A stretch of 64,000 bases of DNA from positions 1 through 64,000 of IMG/VR virus record IMGVR_UViG_3300036760_000336, one strand, 5' to 3'. Origin of the DNA: an uncultured virus (IMG/VR IMGVR_UViG_3300036760_000336) (lineage: Duplodnaviria > Heunggongvirae > Uroviricota > Caudoviricetes). The translations under genes were made by a program, and so were the position numbers. Of this stretch, positions 34,883-45,483 are shown in pieces (position 1 is the stretch's first letter; every line of letters begins with the position of its first letter). The notes beneath the pieces are model-generated. The model ran no database searches, was not told where the DNA came from, and saw only the letters and a program-made list of their open reading frames with translations.

Positions 34883-37175
34883 GGCAACAGATTTTGAACC
34901 AATTCCCTCAGTAGTACTAACTATTCCTCGGAATTATCCAACATTCCCCGTGCCCGGAAAATTGGAGATTTTATGGGATACCAACTATCACAAGTTGTAT
35001 CATAAACTGTCTCCATATACTTCTGTCGGCCCTGGAGTGCTTTCCTGGGGAAATCAACCATTTTATTACGTCTTTGCCGATCAAAATAATAGTGGGTTGA
35101 ATGCATTGAAAAAATATGAATCCAGATTATTTCCCGCTGGTTCCGGACCTATTGATGTAATACGTGTGACGAAGTTTCTGGTTTCAGGAGCAGGGGTGAC
35201 ATTTTTGAGCAAGCAATTTTTACTTCAAACCGGAAATGCATATAATGAAACTCGCATTTATAATCCAACGTCACCTATTGTAACCGCTGGTATGCCATTG
35301 GTAATGGGAAGTGTTAGACCGATGAGGTTTATTGATTTATATGGGGGCCTTGGTGGCATTGCTCAAAGTTTAATCGGTAGTATTGGATCATTATTTGGAA
35401 GTTCTGCTATAAATCCTCCTCCTGGCACAGCCGGGAGAGGAGCTTTGCCAGATGTCAATGTAAGTACTGATGGGAAAGGACTTCTTCGTGCTGGAACTGC
35501 GAATAGAGGGCTTTCTAATTTGCAATCAAGATGGGCTTCTTCTCAAGGCGGTGCCAGTAATGGATTTTTTTCGGCGGTCGCTAAGGCAGTCACTTCTTTA
35601 TTTTCCAATTTTATTCCCGCAAGTCAACTGAATATAACATATAGAAGCGATGAGGGGGCATATGGGTTGATGATTGGAGGAGGGGACTCAAAATTTAAAT
35701 ACACTGGGCAAGACTACAGAGAGTATGGATTCGGACAAATGTGGATTGGAGGAGGAACAATAAGTAGAAAAAAGAATGAGTATCCAGTCAAACCATATCG
35801 CTTATTTGTTACATATAACTCTCAGGGAATGCGAACGACAGATATTCATTTAACGACTGGCGGAATTTTTACTTCTATACCAGAAGTAGGTAATGTTGGG
35901 TATTCTCCTGTACAAAGTACTGATACGAATAAACCAGGATATCGTTATGAAGATTCTGTTGGGGTAAGTGCAGGAGAAGTAGGCCAAGGATATGATGCAT
36001 CTGATGTAATGTATCAGTATAAAGACTATGCCGATCCCTCCCAACAGTTTCTTACTAAAAATCCGGATTTCAACAAGGATGATACGGACACACTTAATAA
36101 TACGTTGAAAGAAGTTATTAAAAAACTAAAGGCTACAAGTGGAGGAATTTACAGTGTAAATATTACAAATGTAGATTCGAAAGTTATAGGAACTGGAAAT
36201 GCAACTATTCAAGGTTATAATCGTTTATTTGCCACAAAGAATAAAATGGATAATAGATCTGGTCTCAATTATCCTCTCGGTGTTCTTAAAGAATACGATG
36301 AGACGGTTGTGGTAGATAATACTCTTACTATTGATCCCGTATTCAATTCAATGAAACTATCAACTGCTGGACATTTTGATGCGCTTAACACATTAAATGT
36401 ATTAAGTGGAAGCAGAGCCATAGTTAATTCTAAATTGAAAGGTTGGAATGCATGGAACCCGTATTTGGATGATCAGATTGCCCTTTATTTTTATGATGTA
36501 GTAAATGATAAATATATTCCGTTTCGTGCCGCAGTCAAAGGTATAGCAGAATCTAGTAATGCGTCGTGGGAAGAATTGCCATTTATAGGTCGTGCAGACA
36601 AAATATATTCATATGGAGGATTCAATAGAAGTTTATCTCTAAGTATTCATATCGTAATCAGTAGCATTGCCGAGCTTGCTCCAACATGGCAAAGAATCAA
36701 TTATTTGGCAACGCTTGTCAAACCATCAAATTATACTACGGCTACTTATCAAGGTGTTATGAATAGGTTTATGATTCCTCCAATGGTAATGTTGACTCTT
36801 GGAGATATGTATAATAGTCAGCCGGTGCTTATTCAATCTCTTACTACAACTATTCCGGAGGAAGCAATATGGGAAACCATAAATGAGGATAATTCCGGGC
36901 AGTGGGAATATCTTTCTACTTACATAACGGCTCCCGGACTTCTTTATGGACAATTGCCTCGGGAAGTAGAACTTGGACTAGGGCTTATTTTACTTGAAAA
37001 GGAACGTGCTATTGTTGGCGGAGCGAACTTCGGAAATGCTCCACGAAATGAAGATTGGTCCGCCCCGAATTACAATGCCATTTCTAATAGAGGAGCAAAA
37101 CAAAACGAACTTGATCAATCGTTGATTGTAGATATTGTTAATCGTTCTAAACCATCCTCAACTACTACTCTATAA
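34881..37175 (+). CDS. baseplate/tail-tube initiator-like protein
   Basis: C-terminal FRA..KGI.E...A.W....IGRA...Y.Y.GF.R.LSL...PP...LTLGD.Y tube-fold pattern; follows the tape measure gene. Confidence 0.6.
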   Translation: MATDFEPIPSVVLTIPRNYPTFPVPGKLEILWDTNYHKLYHKLSPYTSVGPGVLSWGNQPFYYVFADQNNSGLNALKKYESRLFPAGSGPIDVIRVTKFLVSGAGVTFLSKQFLLQTGNAYNETRIYNPTSPIVTAGMPLVMGSVRPMRFIDLYGGLGGIAQSLIGSIGSLFGSSAINPPPGTAGRGALPDVNVSTDGKGLLRAGTANRGLSNLQSRWASSQGGASNGFFSAVAKAVTSLFSNFIPASQLNITYRSDEGAYGLMIGGGDSKFKYTGQDYREYGFGQMWIGGGTISRKKNEYPVKPYRLFVTYNSQGMRTTDIHLTTGGIFTSIPEVGNVGYSPVQSTDTNKPGYRYEDSVGVSAGEVGQGYDASDVMYQYKDYADPSQQFLTKNPDFNKDDTDTLNNTLKEVIKKLKATSGGIYSVNITNVDSKVIGTGNATIQGYNRLFATKNKMDNRSGLNYPLGVLKEYDETVVVDNTLTIDPVFNSMKLSTAGHFDALNTLNVLSGSRAIVNSKLKGWNAWNPYLDDQIALYFYDVVNDKYIPFRAAVKGIAESSNASWEELPFIGRADKIYSYGGFNRSLSLSIHIVISSIAELAPTWQRINYLATLVKPSNYTTATYQGVMNRFMIPPMVMLTLGDMYNSQPVLIQSLTTTIPEEAIWETINEDNSGQWEYLSTYITAPGLLYGQLPREVELGLGLILLEKERAIVGGANFGNAPRNEDWSAPNYNAISNRGAKQNELDQSLIVDIVNRSKPSSTTTL

Positions 37176-37178
37176 ACT

Positions 37179-37475
37179 ATGCTAAGATATAATAACATTC
37201 CAATAACAACGAGATATGATGGAAAAAGAGTTTATCTATCCACATTCTATCCTTCGGTTTCTCCGTCCTCCACAGATCTTTTAATAGTATCCCAAGAGGG
37301 AAATTGCTTGGATACCTTGGCATACAAGTATTATGGAGATCCTACTTTATATTGGATTATAGCCAATGTTAATAATATAGGAAGGGGAAGAATGAGTATT
37401 CAATCTGGACTAATATTGAGAATTCCAACAGATATTAATTCTGTCATAGATAAGTTTAATACCGCAAATTCGTAA
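37179..37475 (+). CDS. LysM-like baseplate wedge protein (gp53-like)
   Basis: LDTLAYKYYGDPTLYWIIA..N...G..LRIP. Confidence 0.8.
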   Translation: MLRYNNIPITTRYDGKRVYLSTFYPSVSPSSTDLLIVSQEGNCLDTLAYKYYGDPTLYWIIANVNNIGRGRMSIQSGLILRIPTDINSVIDKFNTANS

Positions 37476-37479
37476 AGTT

Positions 37480-40032
37480 ATGGCAGGCATAGCACCAGTG
37501 ATCCCGTGGGAACCATGTAATATCCCAAGCGCAATTCAAGATGAACTTAACCGCCGTAAGGTTAATAGAAGTTTCGTATACATAGATGCTAATAAGGGCG
37601 GTTGGAGCGAAACGGGGGAAAATGCTGGAGATTGGAGAAAATATCGTGGCCCAACAAGTCCTTGGGTGAGATTTTGCTCAAATGGAATGGGACGGGAATT
37701 TGAAACAAATGCTGATGGAAGTTTCAGATTGAAGAATGGAAAACGCATTCCACTCAGTAAAATAAAACCCGGATTTGTTTTATTCGGAGGGAAAACATTC
37801 TACAGTGGATATGGTTTTAACAATGTTAATTCAAGTCCTGATAGTATCATAGGATATTTGCCAGACGGAATCCATACTCACACTATTTCAAATGATCTTC
37901 AAACCAGTAATTATCCGATTCACGTTCCTCCTCCTGAGATTGAAAAAATAAATGTAATCATTCAAAAGGAGTTATATCGTAAAGCCACGGTGGATTGGAT
38001 TTGTTTTTCCAAGGCACAATTGGAATATATGACTCCATATTTTCTTGTTCCCGGAATTTCTTGTATTTTGGAATGGGGATGGAACAACTTTGATTCAAAT
38101 GCTCTGCTTAATTTGGATAATCCAGATGAACTAAAGGTATATAATAACAATCCTTATCCCTTGTATAATGATCATATTATCAAGGCAAAGGGAAATTATG
38201 ATGTTATTTTTGGAAGAGTGACAAATTTTGAATGGGCTATCGAAGGAACTAGGATTAGATGCAAAACTGAGATTACATCTCAAGACCGTATTTATTCTGG
38301 TGTAGTGGTAGATTCTACGTCTGTTACTTTGATTGATGATGCTAAAAAGGAAGAAGTAGGAATCAAGCCCGAAAATAATTTACAACAGTTTATTGAGAAG
38401 TATCTGCCTTCATTTAAAACCGTTGGAACTAAGAGTGGTTCTGATATATTCACTATACACGAAATATACGATGTTCTTAAATATATAAGTGCCAATCATC
38501 CGAATAACTGGAGAGAGTATGCATATGGAGTGTTTTATGGACGTGATAAGCAAGATATAAAACATGTAGCGGCAGATACAGATCGAAATCTTAAAGAGGA
38601 CTTCGATCATGATGGAGATATGAAGGAACTTTGGATAAATTTTGGATTGGTGGTTGAAATCGTAAACTATCATGTCTCAAAAATGAAAAGTTTCAAAAAA
38701 GCAGAAATATTTCGCATAGACATTGATGATGTTGTTATTACTGGTCATCCAAATTTAATTTCTGGTGATGGTAAAGTATTGCTTATTCCAAATGCCGAAG
38801 CCCCGAAATATTTCAAGGGAAGGTTTAGTAAATTCGATCCAACCGCTAAAGGAAACATAGATTATAAGGTGATGAGCACTGCTACAAATCCTCTCATATC
38901 TCTTACTAACCGAGACGATGCCAAAGCAAGTAAAACTATTGCCGATTATAGATTGGCTGTGGTGTGTGGGCAGGGTCTTAATGCTTATCGTGATGATTTG
39001 AATATTCTTATAAATCGAATCCGCATCGAAAAATGTGGGTCTAATAGTTCTACAAGTTTATCGTATCCGTTTGAGTTTCCGTTTCTTTTTGATAGAAATC
39101 CGGAGATAGAAGGATCGAATGGAAAAAAATATCCCGCAAGATACTCTGGATACCTTAAAAATCTATACGTCAATATTGGTTTTCTACAGGAGACAGTAAA
39201 AGATTCTAAAACTTACATTCAGTTTATTGAAAAAATTTTGAATGGAATCAGTAGTGCGGCGGGAGGATTTTGGGATTTTCGTATAGTCGGAGGAACTGGA
39301 AAAGCAGGGCAGTCAAAAAATAAACCAGCAACTCTCAAGATTGTAGATTACAAATTTGTAAATACATTAAATTCTGGTGCCCCATTCACATTCGACTACT
39401 TTGATGCAGATAGCTTGTTGCTCGGGCTTAATTTCAAACCTACGTTGAGCAATGCCCAGGCAATTCGTACAATATATGCCCAGACTAACAACCCAGATTC
39501 AAAAACAGTTATTACTAATGGAGATAATGAACTTTTGGATTATCATTTTAGAGATCGTTTAATTAAAGATGATAATATAAAAGAAAATGAAAATTCTCCG
39601 TCTCCAAAAGCTCCAAATAACGAATTTCTTGAAACTATGCGTGAATTACAGCAACTTTCTGGTACGGACGCTATGTATCAGATGACAAATAGGTTTGAAG
39701 GTAAAATTATTATTCGGCGTTTGGTACTTCCTGCATCCAATGTCTTAAGTCTTTTGCTTGATGATGGAGATGAAGAAAACAATCCAAAATATAGCGGGAT
39801 TATGCCTGGTATTCAAGCAACTTTTACTATTCAGGGTATTGGTGGGTTAAGAACATTTATGATGTTTCTTGTTCGTAATTTGCCGGAGCCATATTCTGAG
39901 AAAAACATCGTATTCCGTATCGTAGATGTTCAAGAGGCCATTGAATCTGGAAAATGGATTACAACCATCACAGCGGGTCTTGTTCCTCTTCGAGGATATA
40001 TTAAAGAGCGACTAGGTATTCCCAACATTTAA
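37480..40032 (+). CDS. baseplate hub-like structural protein
   Basis: 850 aa; LEWGW, G.VTNFEW, C-terminal FTI.GIGG...F.I..V...I..G.W.T.I; follows the LysM gene. Confidence 0.6.
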   Translation: MAGIAPVIPWEPCNIPSAIQDELNRRKVNRSFVYIDANKGGWSETGENAGDWRKYRGPTSPWVRFCSNGMGREFETNADGSFRLKNGKRIPLSKIKPGFVLFGGKTFYSGYGFNNVNSSPDSIIGYLPDGIHTHTISNDLQTSNYPIHVPPPEIEKINVIIQKELYRKATVDWICFSKAQLEYMTPYFLVPGISCILEWGWNNFDSNALLNLDNPDELKVYNNNPYPLYNDHIIKAKGNYDVIFGRVTNFEWAIEGTRIRCKTEITSQDRIYSGVVVDSTSVTLIDDAKKEEVGIKPENNLQQFIEKYLPSFKTVGTKSGSDIFTIHEIYDVLKYISANHPNNWREYAYGVFYGRDKQDIKHVAADTDRNLKEDFDHDGDMKELWINFGLVVEIVNYHVSKMKSFKKAEIFRIDIDDVVITGHPNLISGDGKVLLIPNAEAPKYFKGRFSKFDPTAKGNIDYKVMSTATNPLISLTNRDDAKASKTIADYRLAVVCGQGLNAYRDDLNILINRIRIEKCGSNSSTSLSYPFEFPFLFDRNPEIEGSNGKKYPARYSGYLKNLYVNIGFLQETVKDSKTYIQFIEKILNGISSAAGGFWDFRIVGGTGKAGQSKNKPATLKIVDYKFVNTLNSGAPFTFDYFDADSLLLGLNFKPTLSNAQAIRTIYAQTNNPDSKTVITNGDNELLDYHFRDRLIKDDNIKENENSPSPKAPNNEFLETMRELQQLSGTDAMYQMTNRFEGKIIIRRLVLPASNVLSLLLDDGDEENNPKYSGIMPGIQATFTIQGIGGLRTFMMFLVRNLPEPYSEKNIVFRIVDVQEAIESGKWITTITAGLVPLRGYIKERLGIPNI

Positions 40033-40038
40033 AACAAA

Positions 40039-40067
40039 TTGACTTCTGATCTAAATGCTGGTATTGT
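40039..40067 (+). promoter_or_regulatory. sigma70-type promoter TTGACT-17-TATTGT
   Basis: upstream of the PolA-like gene. Confidence 0.45.
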
Positions 40068-40076
40068 GATCGGCTG

Positions 40077-41426
40077 ATGATTGAGACAGAATCAGACTTA
40101 AACCGATTCAAGCTGGAAAATCTTGAATGTGAATGGATTGTACATATAATTCCTGTTGAGGAAGGTGTACATCCTGTGATCAATAAACCGTGCATTCTTT
40201 TTATCCGAAATACTTCTACTGGAAAAACTTACTACTATTCATTTAATCATCCCGATTCTATTTCTCAGGTGACAGATTCTTATTTTATTAAAGAATGTCT
40301 CCTGAATATGGATGATGTGAAGTGGGTGCTTGATATGAAGTCATTTTCTCAGATACTCCGCCTTTCAAACATGTTCGATATTAATCTCTGTAATTTTTTT
40401 AAGCACGGTGAAACTATAGATTTTATGGAGTTTGAAACGCCTGCTCATAATCTTGTTCGTAGAAATTGTGGTAGTATCAAACAAATCAATAAAGCAATTT
40501 CTTTGATGAAACATAAAGAAGCTTTTGATGATATGTGTGAATATGTTGAAAAGTTGATTGAAGGATTCCCGGCAAATGACTCATTTATAAAGGTTAATGA
40601 TATTATCATTGGAACTCTTAGGGATATTGAATCAAATGGTATCCATGTTGATCGAAAGAAATTCATTCAATATTTTAAGGTTGACCCCGGTCCTTCTGAA
40701 ATGGTTTATAGTCAGTACAATATCTATACAGCTACAGGAAGGCCAAGTAATCACTTTGGCGGGGTGAATTATGCTGCACTGAATCATACTGATGGTTCCC
40801 GTTCCGCCTTTGTTTCAAGATATGGCAAAGATGGTAGAATGGTCGTGGTAGATTATACGACATTTCATCCTCGTATTGTTTCTAAACTGACAAACTATGA
40901 TATTCCCATAGAAATTGATATTTACGAGTATCTCGCCAAGTTATATTTTCAGAAAAAAGAAGTTGATGAGACGGATATAAAAAACGCCAAACAACTCACG
41001 TTCAGGCAATTCTATGGCGGTGTTGAAAAAGAATATGAACACATTAAATATCTTGCCAACCTGAAATCTTATATTGATAAACAATGGAAATTTTTCCAAG
41101 AAAAAGGGTATGTCTTGACTCCATTTTTCAAGAGGGCAATTTCTCATATTCCCGACCCCAATCCTCCCAAAGTGTTTAATTATATCCTTCAAGCTGCCGA
41201 AGGTGAAATTGCTATACCAAGAATTCAAACAGTATTGAGATATTTGGAAGGTAAGAAAACCAAGATAATACTTTATACTTATGATGCAGTACTGCTTGAT
41301 TTTCACAGGGATGATGGATTTCCGGTTTTGAATACAATTCGTCAAATAATGAGTTTCAATAATGTCTTTCCAGTGAAAACTTACCTTGGGAATTCATATC
41401 ACGATGTAAAACTTATCGATATCTAA
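40077..41426 (+). CDS. family A DNA polymerase-like protein (short, divergent)
   Basis: TATGRPS, motif A VVVDYTTFHPRI, motif B AKQLTFRQFYGG, NYILQA, motif C LYTYDAVLLD. Confidence 0.75.
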   Translation: MIETESDLNRFKLENLECEWIVHIIPVEEGVHPVINKPCILFIRNTSTGKTYYYSFNHPDSISQVTDSYFIKECLLNMDDVKWVLDMKSFSQILRLSNMFDINLCNFFKHGETIDFMEFETPAHNLVRRNCGSIKQINKAISLMKHKEAFDDMCEYVEKLIEGFPANDSFIKVNDIIIGTLRDIESNGIHVDRKKFIQYFKVDPGPSEMVYSQYNIYTATGRPSNHFGGVNYAALNHTDGSRSAFVSRYGKDGRMVVVDYTTFHPRIVSKLTNYDIPIEIDIYEYLAKLYFQKKEVDETDIKNAKQLTFRQFYGGVEKEYEHIKYLANLKSYIDKQWKFFQEKGYVLTPFFKRAISHIPDPNPPKVFNYILQAAEGEIAIPRIQTVLRYLEGKKTKIILYTYDAVLLDFHRDDGFPVLNTIRQIMSFNNVFPVKTYLGNSYHDVKLIDI

Positions 41427-41452
41427 AATATTGTGTTTTGATTATCCTTTAG

Positions 41453-41461
41453 ATATTTATA
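41453..41461 (+). promoter_or_regulatory. candidate late promoter ATATTTATA
   Basis: 11 nt before ATG 41473. Confidence 0.5.
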
Positions 41462-41472
41462 ATCCAAAGGAT

Positions 41473-42222
41473 ATGAGTAACGTTGTTGACCGAGTATTTG
41501 CCGAAGTCTGCCTAGACGAAAGAGTTTCAGACGGCATATTCCAAATGGAAAATGAAGAGCATATGAATGCTCTTCGTGACTATTTTGTTAAAAAAGGCAT
41601 TCCTCAGGAAGCCGCCATCCAGGTGACTAATCGCATGGTTGAAGGCAAGTATCCAGAACGACAAGCTTATCGAACGGAAGATGGTATTTTAGTAACATGG
41701 CCTTCTCCACAACATAAGAAAAGGGCTATGGCTGAACATCCAGGTAAGTATGTTGAAGAAAACCCATTCCCCAAAAGACCATCGGAAAAAGAGCCTGAGA
41801 AAAGGGAACCTATCAGACGTGAACCGCCTCCTAAAGAAGAACCGAAAGATAAAGATAAAGATGAGGATGATAAATCTTTGCCAAGATCTGGTGGTAGCGT
41901 ATTTGGTGGTGAAAAAATAACTCAAGGTGATAAAAAACTGGAAATAGAACCGCCTCGGGGCGAGGAAAAGCCAGAACCACCAGCCTCGGCTCCTCCAGTA
42001 CCCACTATTGCACCAAGAACTCCAGAAAGAATTGCGGCAGAAAAAGAGGTTGTAAAGCAAATTCTCGGTACTGATAACAACGCACTCGCAAATATTACTG
42101 GCCCGCTGAAAGAAGAAAATAAAGAATTACTGCGTTATCAATTAAACGAATTATATAAAAAAGCGGACGCATTGGGGTTTAAGGAAGCTGTCACATTTTT
42201 GACTCCTTATGTAAAGCCTTAA
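41473..42222 (+). CDS. hypothetical protein with Pro/charged linker
   Basis: ORF; start moved to ATG 41473 (AAGGA upstream). Confidence 0.7.
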   Translation: MSNVVDRVFAEVCLDERVSDGIFQMENEEHMNALRDYFVKKGIPQEAAIQVTNRMVEGKYPERQAYRTEDGILVTWPSPQHKKRAMAEHPGKYVEENPFPKRPSEKEPEKREPIRREPPPKEEPKDKDKDEDDKSLPRSGGSVFGGEKITQGDKKLEIEPPRGEEKPEPPASAPPVPTIAPRTPERIAAEKEVVKQILGTDNNALANITGPLKEENKELLRYQLNELYKKADALGFKEAVTFLTPYVKP

Positions 42223-42251
42223 AATTTGTTATACCATTTTGTTTCAAACTT

Positions 42252-42650
42252 ATGCAAGACCTAGACAACCGCCAATTGCTGTGTACTTTCTCAAACAATA
42301 AAGATTTTCAAACAATCGCCGAGGAAATCAAAAAGTTTTATGAAGTATACAGCAATCGAATTTTCGCATTTTCCAATATTAAGAACCCCAGAGAAGTTTA
42401 TTTGACTTATAATGTTCTTAATATGAAAAAAGATACCCCCAAGTTTTCAAATACCATTCTTATTCATCGTAAAAAACAAACCAATACGCTTTATACTTTA
42501 AATGCAATGAATCGTCTTATCGAAGAAGAAAATGGAAAAGCAGACAATACTTACATTGTGAATTGGTCACTCTATTCCAACTCTTTAATCATCACGGGGG
42601 GCGTTTCAATTCGCATAATTCCTCTGAAAATTTTAAGTATTTTGGACTGA
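42252..42650 (+). CDS. hypothetical phage protein
   Basis: QLLCTF...TYNV...IHRKKQTNTLYTLNA.N.LI. Confidence 0.75.
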   Translation: MQDLDNRQLLCTFSNNKDFQTIAEEIKKFYEVYSNRIFAFSNIKNPREVYLTYNVLNMKKDTPKFSNTILIHRKKQTNTLYTLNAMNRLIEEENGKADNTYIVNWSLYSNSLIITGGVSIRIIPLKILSILD

Positions 42651-42723
42651 AAACAAAAAGTAATAAAAAAAATATTTTTTGTTTTTTTCGTTACTATGTA
42701 TAGTGGAAGAAAGATTATATATT

Positions 42724-43188
42724 ATGAAAAAAGCAAAAAATGAAAAGCGGGTCATCAATATTCCCAAGGGACAATTTGATGAAATTAAGGATTACTGTGA
42801 TAGAAATTCTTTGGACATGGTAAAGTGGATAGTAAAAAATTCTTTGGAAAAAACAACTAAAAAAATTCCAGAGGGTATGCTTACTGTCAAGGAATTGGAA
42901 ATTATAAGAAAAACTGCTACCTTTAGTTGTCCCGATAACTGGTTGGAAATGGTATTGAAGGAGATAGGCAGCAGATTAGTAGATAGTGTCTCGGCAAATT
43001 CAAATCAAAGAGAAATTAACTGGGGGCCAGTTATAGACGTTGTAAATACATATGGAAGATGGGTACAATTGATTTTAACAGAAGAACAAGTAAAAACTGT
43101 TGCGAGAGAGTTGAAATCCCGTGGATTTAATTTATCTGTAAATCCAGACGGATATACAGTTCCGCATAAGTATAAAATAGTTTGGTAA
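42724..43188 (+). CDS. hypothetical protein
   Basis: ORF; start moved to ATG 42724. Confidence 0.65.
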   Translation: MKKAKNEKRVINIPKGQFDEIKDYCDRNSLDMVKWIVKNSLEKTTKKIPEGMLTVKELEIIRKTATFSCPDNWLEMVLKEIGSRLVDSVSANSNQREINWGPVIDVVNTYGRWVQLILTEEQVKTVARELKSRGFNLSVNPDGYTVPHKYKIVW

Positions 43189-43239
43189 AAAAATTCTTAA
43201 AGGTCGACTTAAAATAACACTTTTTTTATCTAAAATAAG

Positions 43240-43268
43240 TTGCAGAGTGACTTTTTGTAGTGTAGAAT
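43240..43268 (+). promoter_or_regulatory. sigma70-type promoter TTGCAG-17-TAGAAT, followed by TATTTATT
   Basis: upstream of the SSB gene. Confidence 0.5.
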
Positions 43269-43358
43269 GCTATTTATTGAGGTAATAAAGTTCAAGACTT
43301 GATCCACCGATTAACGATTGAATTGATTACCTAGTTAACACTTAACCAATTAAATAAT

Positions 43359-44210
43359 ATGGCAATAAATGTACAAAAACTCGCCGCCCGACTTAAGGAA
43401 TTTGAGGATGGGCAGAAAGCTTCCGAATTCGCAAAACTTCTATGGAAACCCAAAGAAGGTATGCAAACAGTCAGGATTGTTCCTTACAAATTCAATCCGG
43501 ATTCACCTTTTGTAGAACTTAAATTTTATTACAATTTAGGTGGAAAACATTATCTCGCTCCATGTACCTTTGGCAAGCCAGATCCAATCCTTGAAGTGAT
43601 TGAAACGTTGCGTGCCAGTGGCAGCAACGAGGAAAAAGAAATCGCCGCAAAGTTGGCTCCAACTTCTCGCACCTACGCACCAGTCATTGTTCGTAAGGAA
43701 GAAGAACTAGGGGTAAGATTTTGGGGCTTTGGTATTCAAGTTTATAAGCAGCTATTAAAGCTGATTACAAATCCCAAATATGGTGATATTACTTCTTGGA
43801 CAGAAGGAAGAGACATTGATGTAGAGTTTCACAAAGTAAGCAATAAAAAGAATGTGAAAACTGGTCAATCTTTCCCTGAAACTACCATCATCTGTGATCC
43901 TAATATCACTCCTGTAGTCGATCCAACCCGTCATGACTTAATAGAAAAATTGAAGGATCAAACCGATATCCTCAAGATTTTCCCATTGAAGTCTTATGAT
44001 GAACTCAAGGAAGCCGTTGATAAATGGCTTCATCCAGAAGAGACCGCCGAAGAGGTCGAAACAGCCGCCGAATCTGTTGCTTCCGCAGCCGTGTCTGTAA
44101 CAGAAACACCCGCTGCTGCAACTCTGCCCACAACGACATCGGCCACAGTACCAGCAGGAGAAGCTCTTGCCAATGAATTTGACAAATTCTTTGAAACTAC
44201 TAAACAATAA
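43359..44210 (+). CDS. single-stranded DNA-binding protein (T4 gp32-like)
   Basis: LWKP...VRIVP, DPI.E, FWGFG..VY..L, GDIT...GRD, acidic C-terminal EFDKFF tail; next to RecA. Confidence 0.8.
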   Translation: MAINVQKLAARLKEFEDGQKASEFAKLLWKPKEGMQTVRIVPYKFNPDSPFVELKFYYNLGGKHYLAPCTFGKPDPILEVIETLRASGSNEEKEIAAKLAPTSRTYAPVIVRKEEELGVRFWGFGIQVYKQLLKLITNPKYGDITSWTEGRDIDVEFHKVSNKKNVKTGQSFPETTIICDPNITPVVDPTRHDLIEKLKDQTDILKIFPLKSYDELKEAVDKWLHPEETAEEVETAAESVASAAVSVTETPAAATLPTTTSATVPAGEALANEFDKFFETTKQ

Positions 44211-44231
44211 ACTGATAGCGGATAGTTAAAA

Positions 44232-44274
44232 TAACTTGAGGATGGTAGTGTTTTATATTATCATCCTCAAGTTA
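44232..44274 (+). terminator. long stem-loop between the SSB and RecA genes
   Basis: TAACTTGAGGATG / CATCCTCAAGTTA 13-bp perfect stem. Confidence 0.6.
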
Positions 44275-44300
44275 CATAATTCAGCGGGAAGGATAATTCT

Positions 44301-45479
44301 ATGGCCCCAGCAAAAAAGGTGTCAAGCAAGCATGTTGAGTCAGATGCTAATGTCGAACGTGATGAATTAGCTCTATTTTTACAGAAAGAACTTAACAAAT
44401 CTAATAAAGATGGAAGCAAAGTTTCGTATTTTCTGGATGAAAATGATAATCCATCACAAATTACAGAATGGGTATCAACTGGATCAACACTATTAGATTT
44501 GGCGGTTTCTAATATACCCCACGGAGGGTTGCCTGTCGGTCGAATGGTTGAATTAAGTGGCTTGGAGAGCACGGGTAAATCACTCATTTGTGCCCAAATT
44601 ATTGCGGAGACGCAGCGTCAAGGCGGTCTATCAGTTTTCTTCGACTCAGAGTTTTCGGTGGATAAAAATTTTTGGGTCGCTCTCGGTATTAATGTCAAAA
44701 ATGTTAATTATGTTCCATTTACTACTCTCGAAGAGTTTTTTAATAAATTTGAATTATGTATTGGAGCATTTCGCAAAAAATGTCCTGATAGACTTCTTAC
44801 AATTTTAGTTGATTCGGTGACTCAAGCATCCGTTGAAAAAGAAATGGAAAGTGAACACGGAATTGATGGATATAATACTGGCAGAGCGATTGTTATTAGT
44901 AAGGCCATGCGTAAATGCACTGGTCTGATTGCCCGACAAAGAATTCTTCCAGTATTTACAAATCAAGTCCGTTATAATATGAATGCTGGCCCATTTGGTG
45001 ATAAATGGATTGTTCCTGGCGGTAAAGCTTTGCCGTTCGCTTGTTCAATTCGTATTCGTTTTGCCAATCTTGGAAAACTTACTAAGAATGATGAAGTTAT
45101 TGGAATGAAGTGCCAAGCCCAAGTCATCAAAAATCGTTGCGGCCCGTGTTATAGAACAGCGGCATTTGAAGTTCATTATGATAGCGGTATTCAAGATCTT
45201 ACAAGTTGGCTTCAATTCATGAAGAAATATGGCATTATCACGGGTGATGGTCATGGTTATGAATATAAACTCCCCTCAGGAGAAAAACTTGAATTCAACA
45301 CTCCAAAGTTTGTTGAACTTATGAATACAGATGCGGCTTTGAAGGAAGAAATCTATATGGCTATTTGCGATAAATATATTATGCAATATCGTAACCCAAA
45401 TAGTAAAATTGTTGAGGATGTTGTAGAAACAAACACGGAAAACGATGACATTACAAAAAATGCAGTAAAAGAGGAATAA
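44301..45479 (+). CDS. recA: RecA/UvsX recombinase
   Basis: STGS..LD, GGLP.GR..E..GLESTGKS Walker A, LVDSV, NQVR, PGGKAL.F, VIKNR. Confidence 0.92.
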   Translation: MAPAKKVSSKHVESDANVERDELALFLQKELNKSNKDGSKVSYFLDENDNPSQITEWVSTGSTLLDLAVSNIPHGGLPVGRMVELSGLESTGKSLICAQIIAETQRQGGLSVFFDSEFSVDKNFWVALGINVKNVNYVPFTTLEEFFNKFELCIGAFRKKCPDRLLTILVDSVTQASVEKEMESEHGIDGYNTGRAIVISKAMRKCTGLIARQRILPVFTNQVRYNMNAGPFGDKWIVPGGKALPFACSIRIRFANLGKLTKNDEVIGMKCQAQVIKNRCGPCYRTAAFEVHYDSGIQDLTSWLQFMKKYGIITGDGHGYEYKLPSGEKLEFNTPKFVELMNTDAALKEEIYMAICDKYIMQYRNPNSKIVEDVVETNTENDDITKNAVKEE

Positions 45480-45483
45480 AATT

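Noticed and set aside
6740..40032. Bacterial contractile injection system or tailocin locus rather than a phage
   Set aside because: Neck genes, phage replication genes, homing endonucleases and the absence of host housekeeping context indicate a phage genome.
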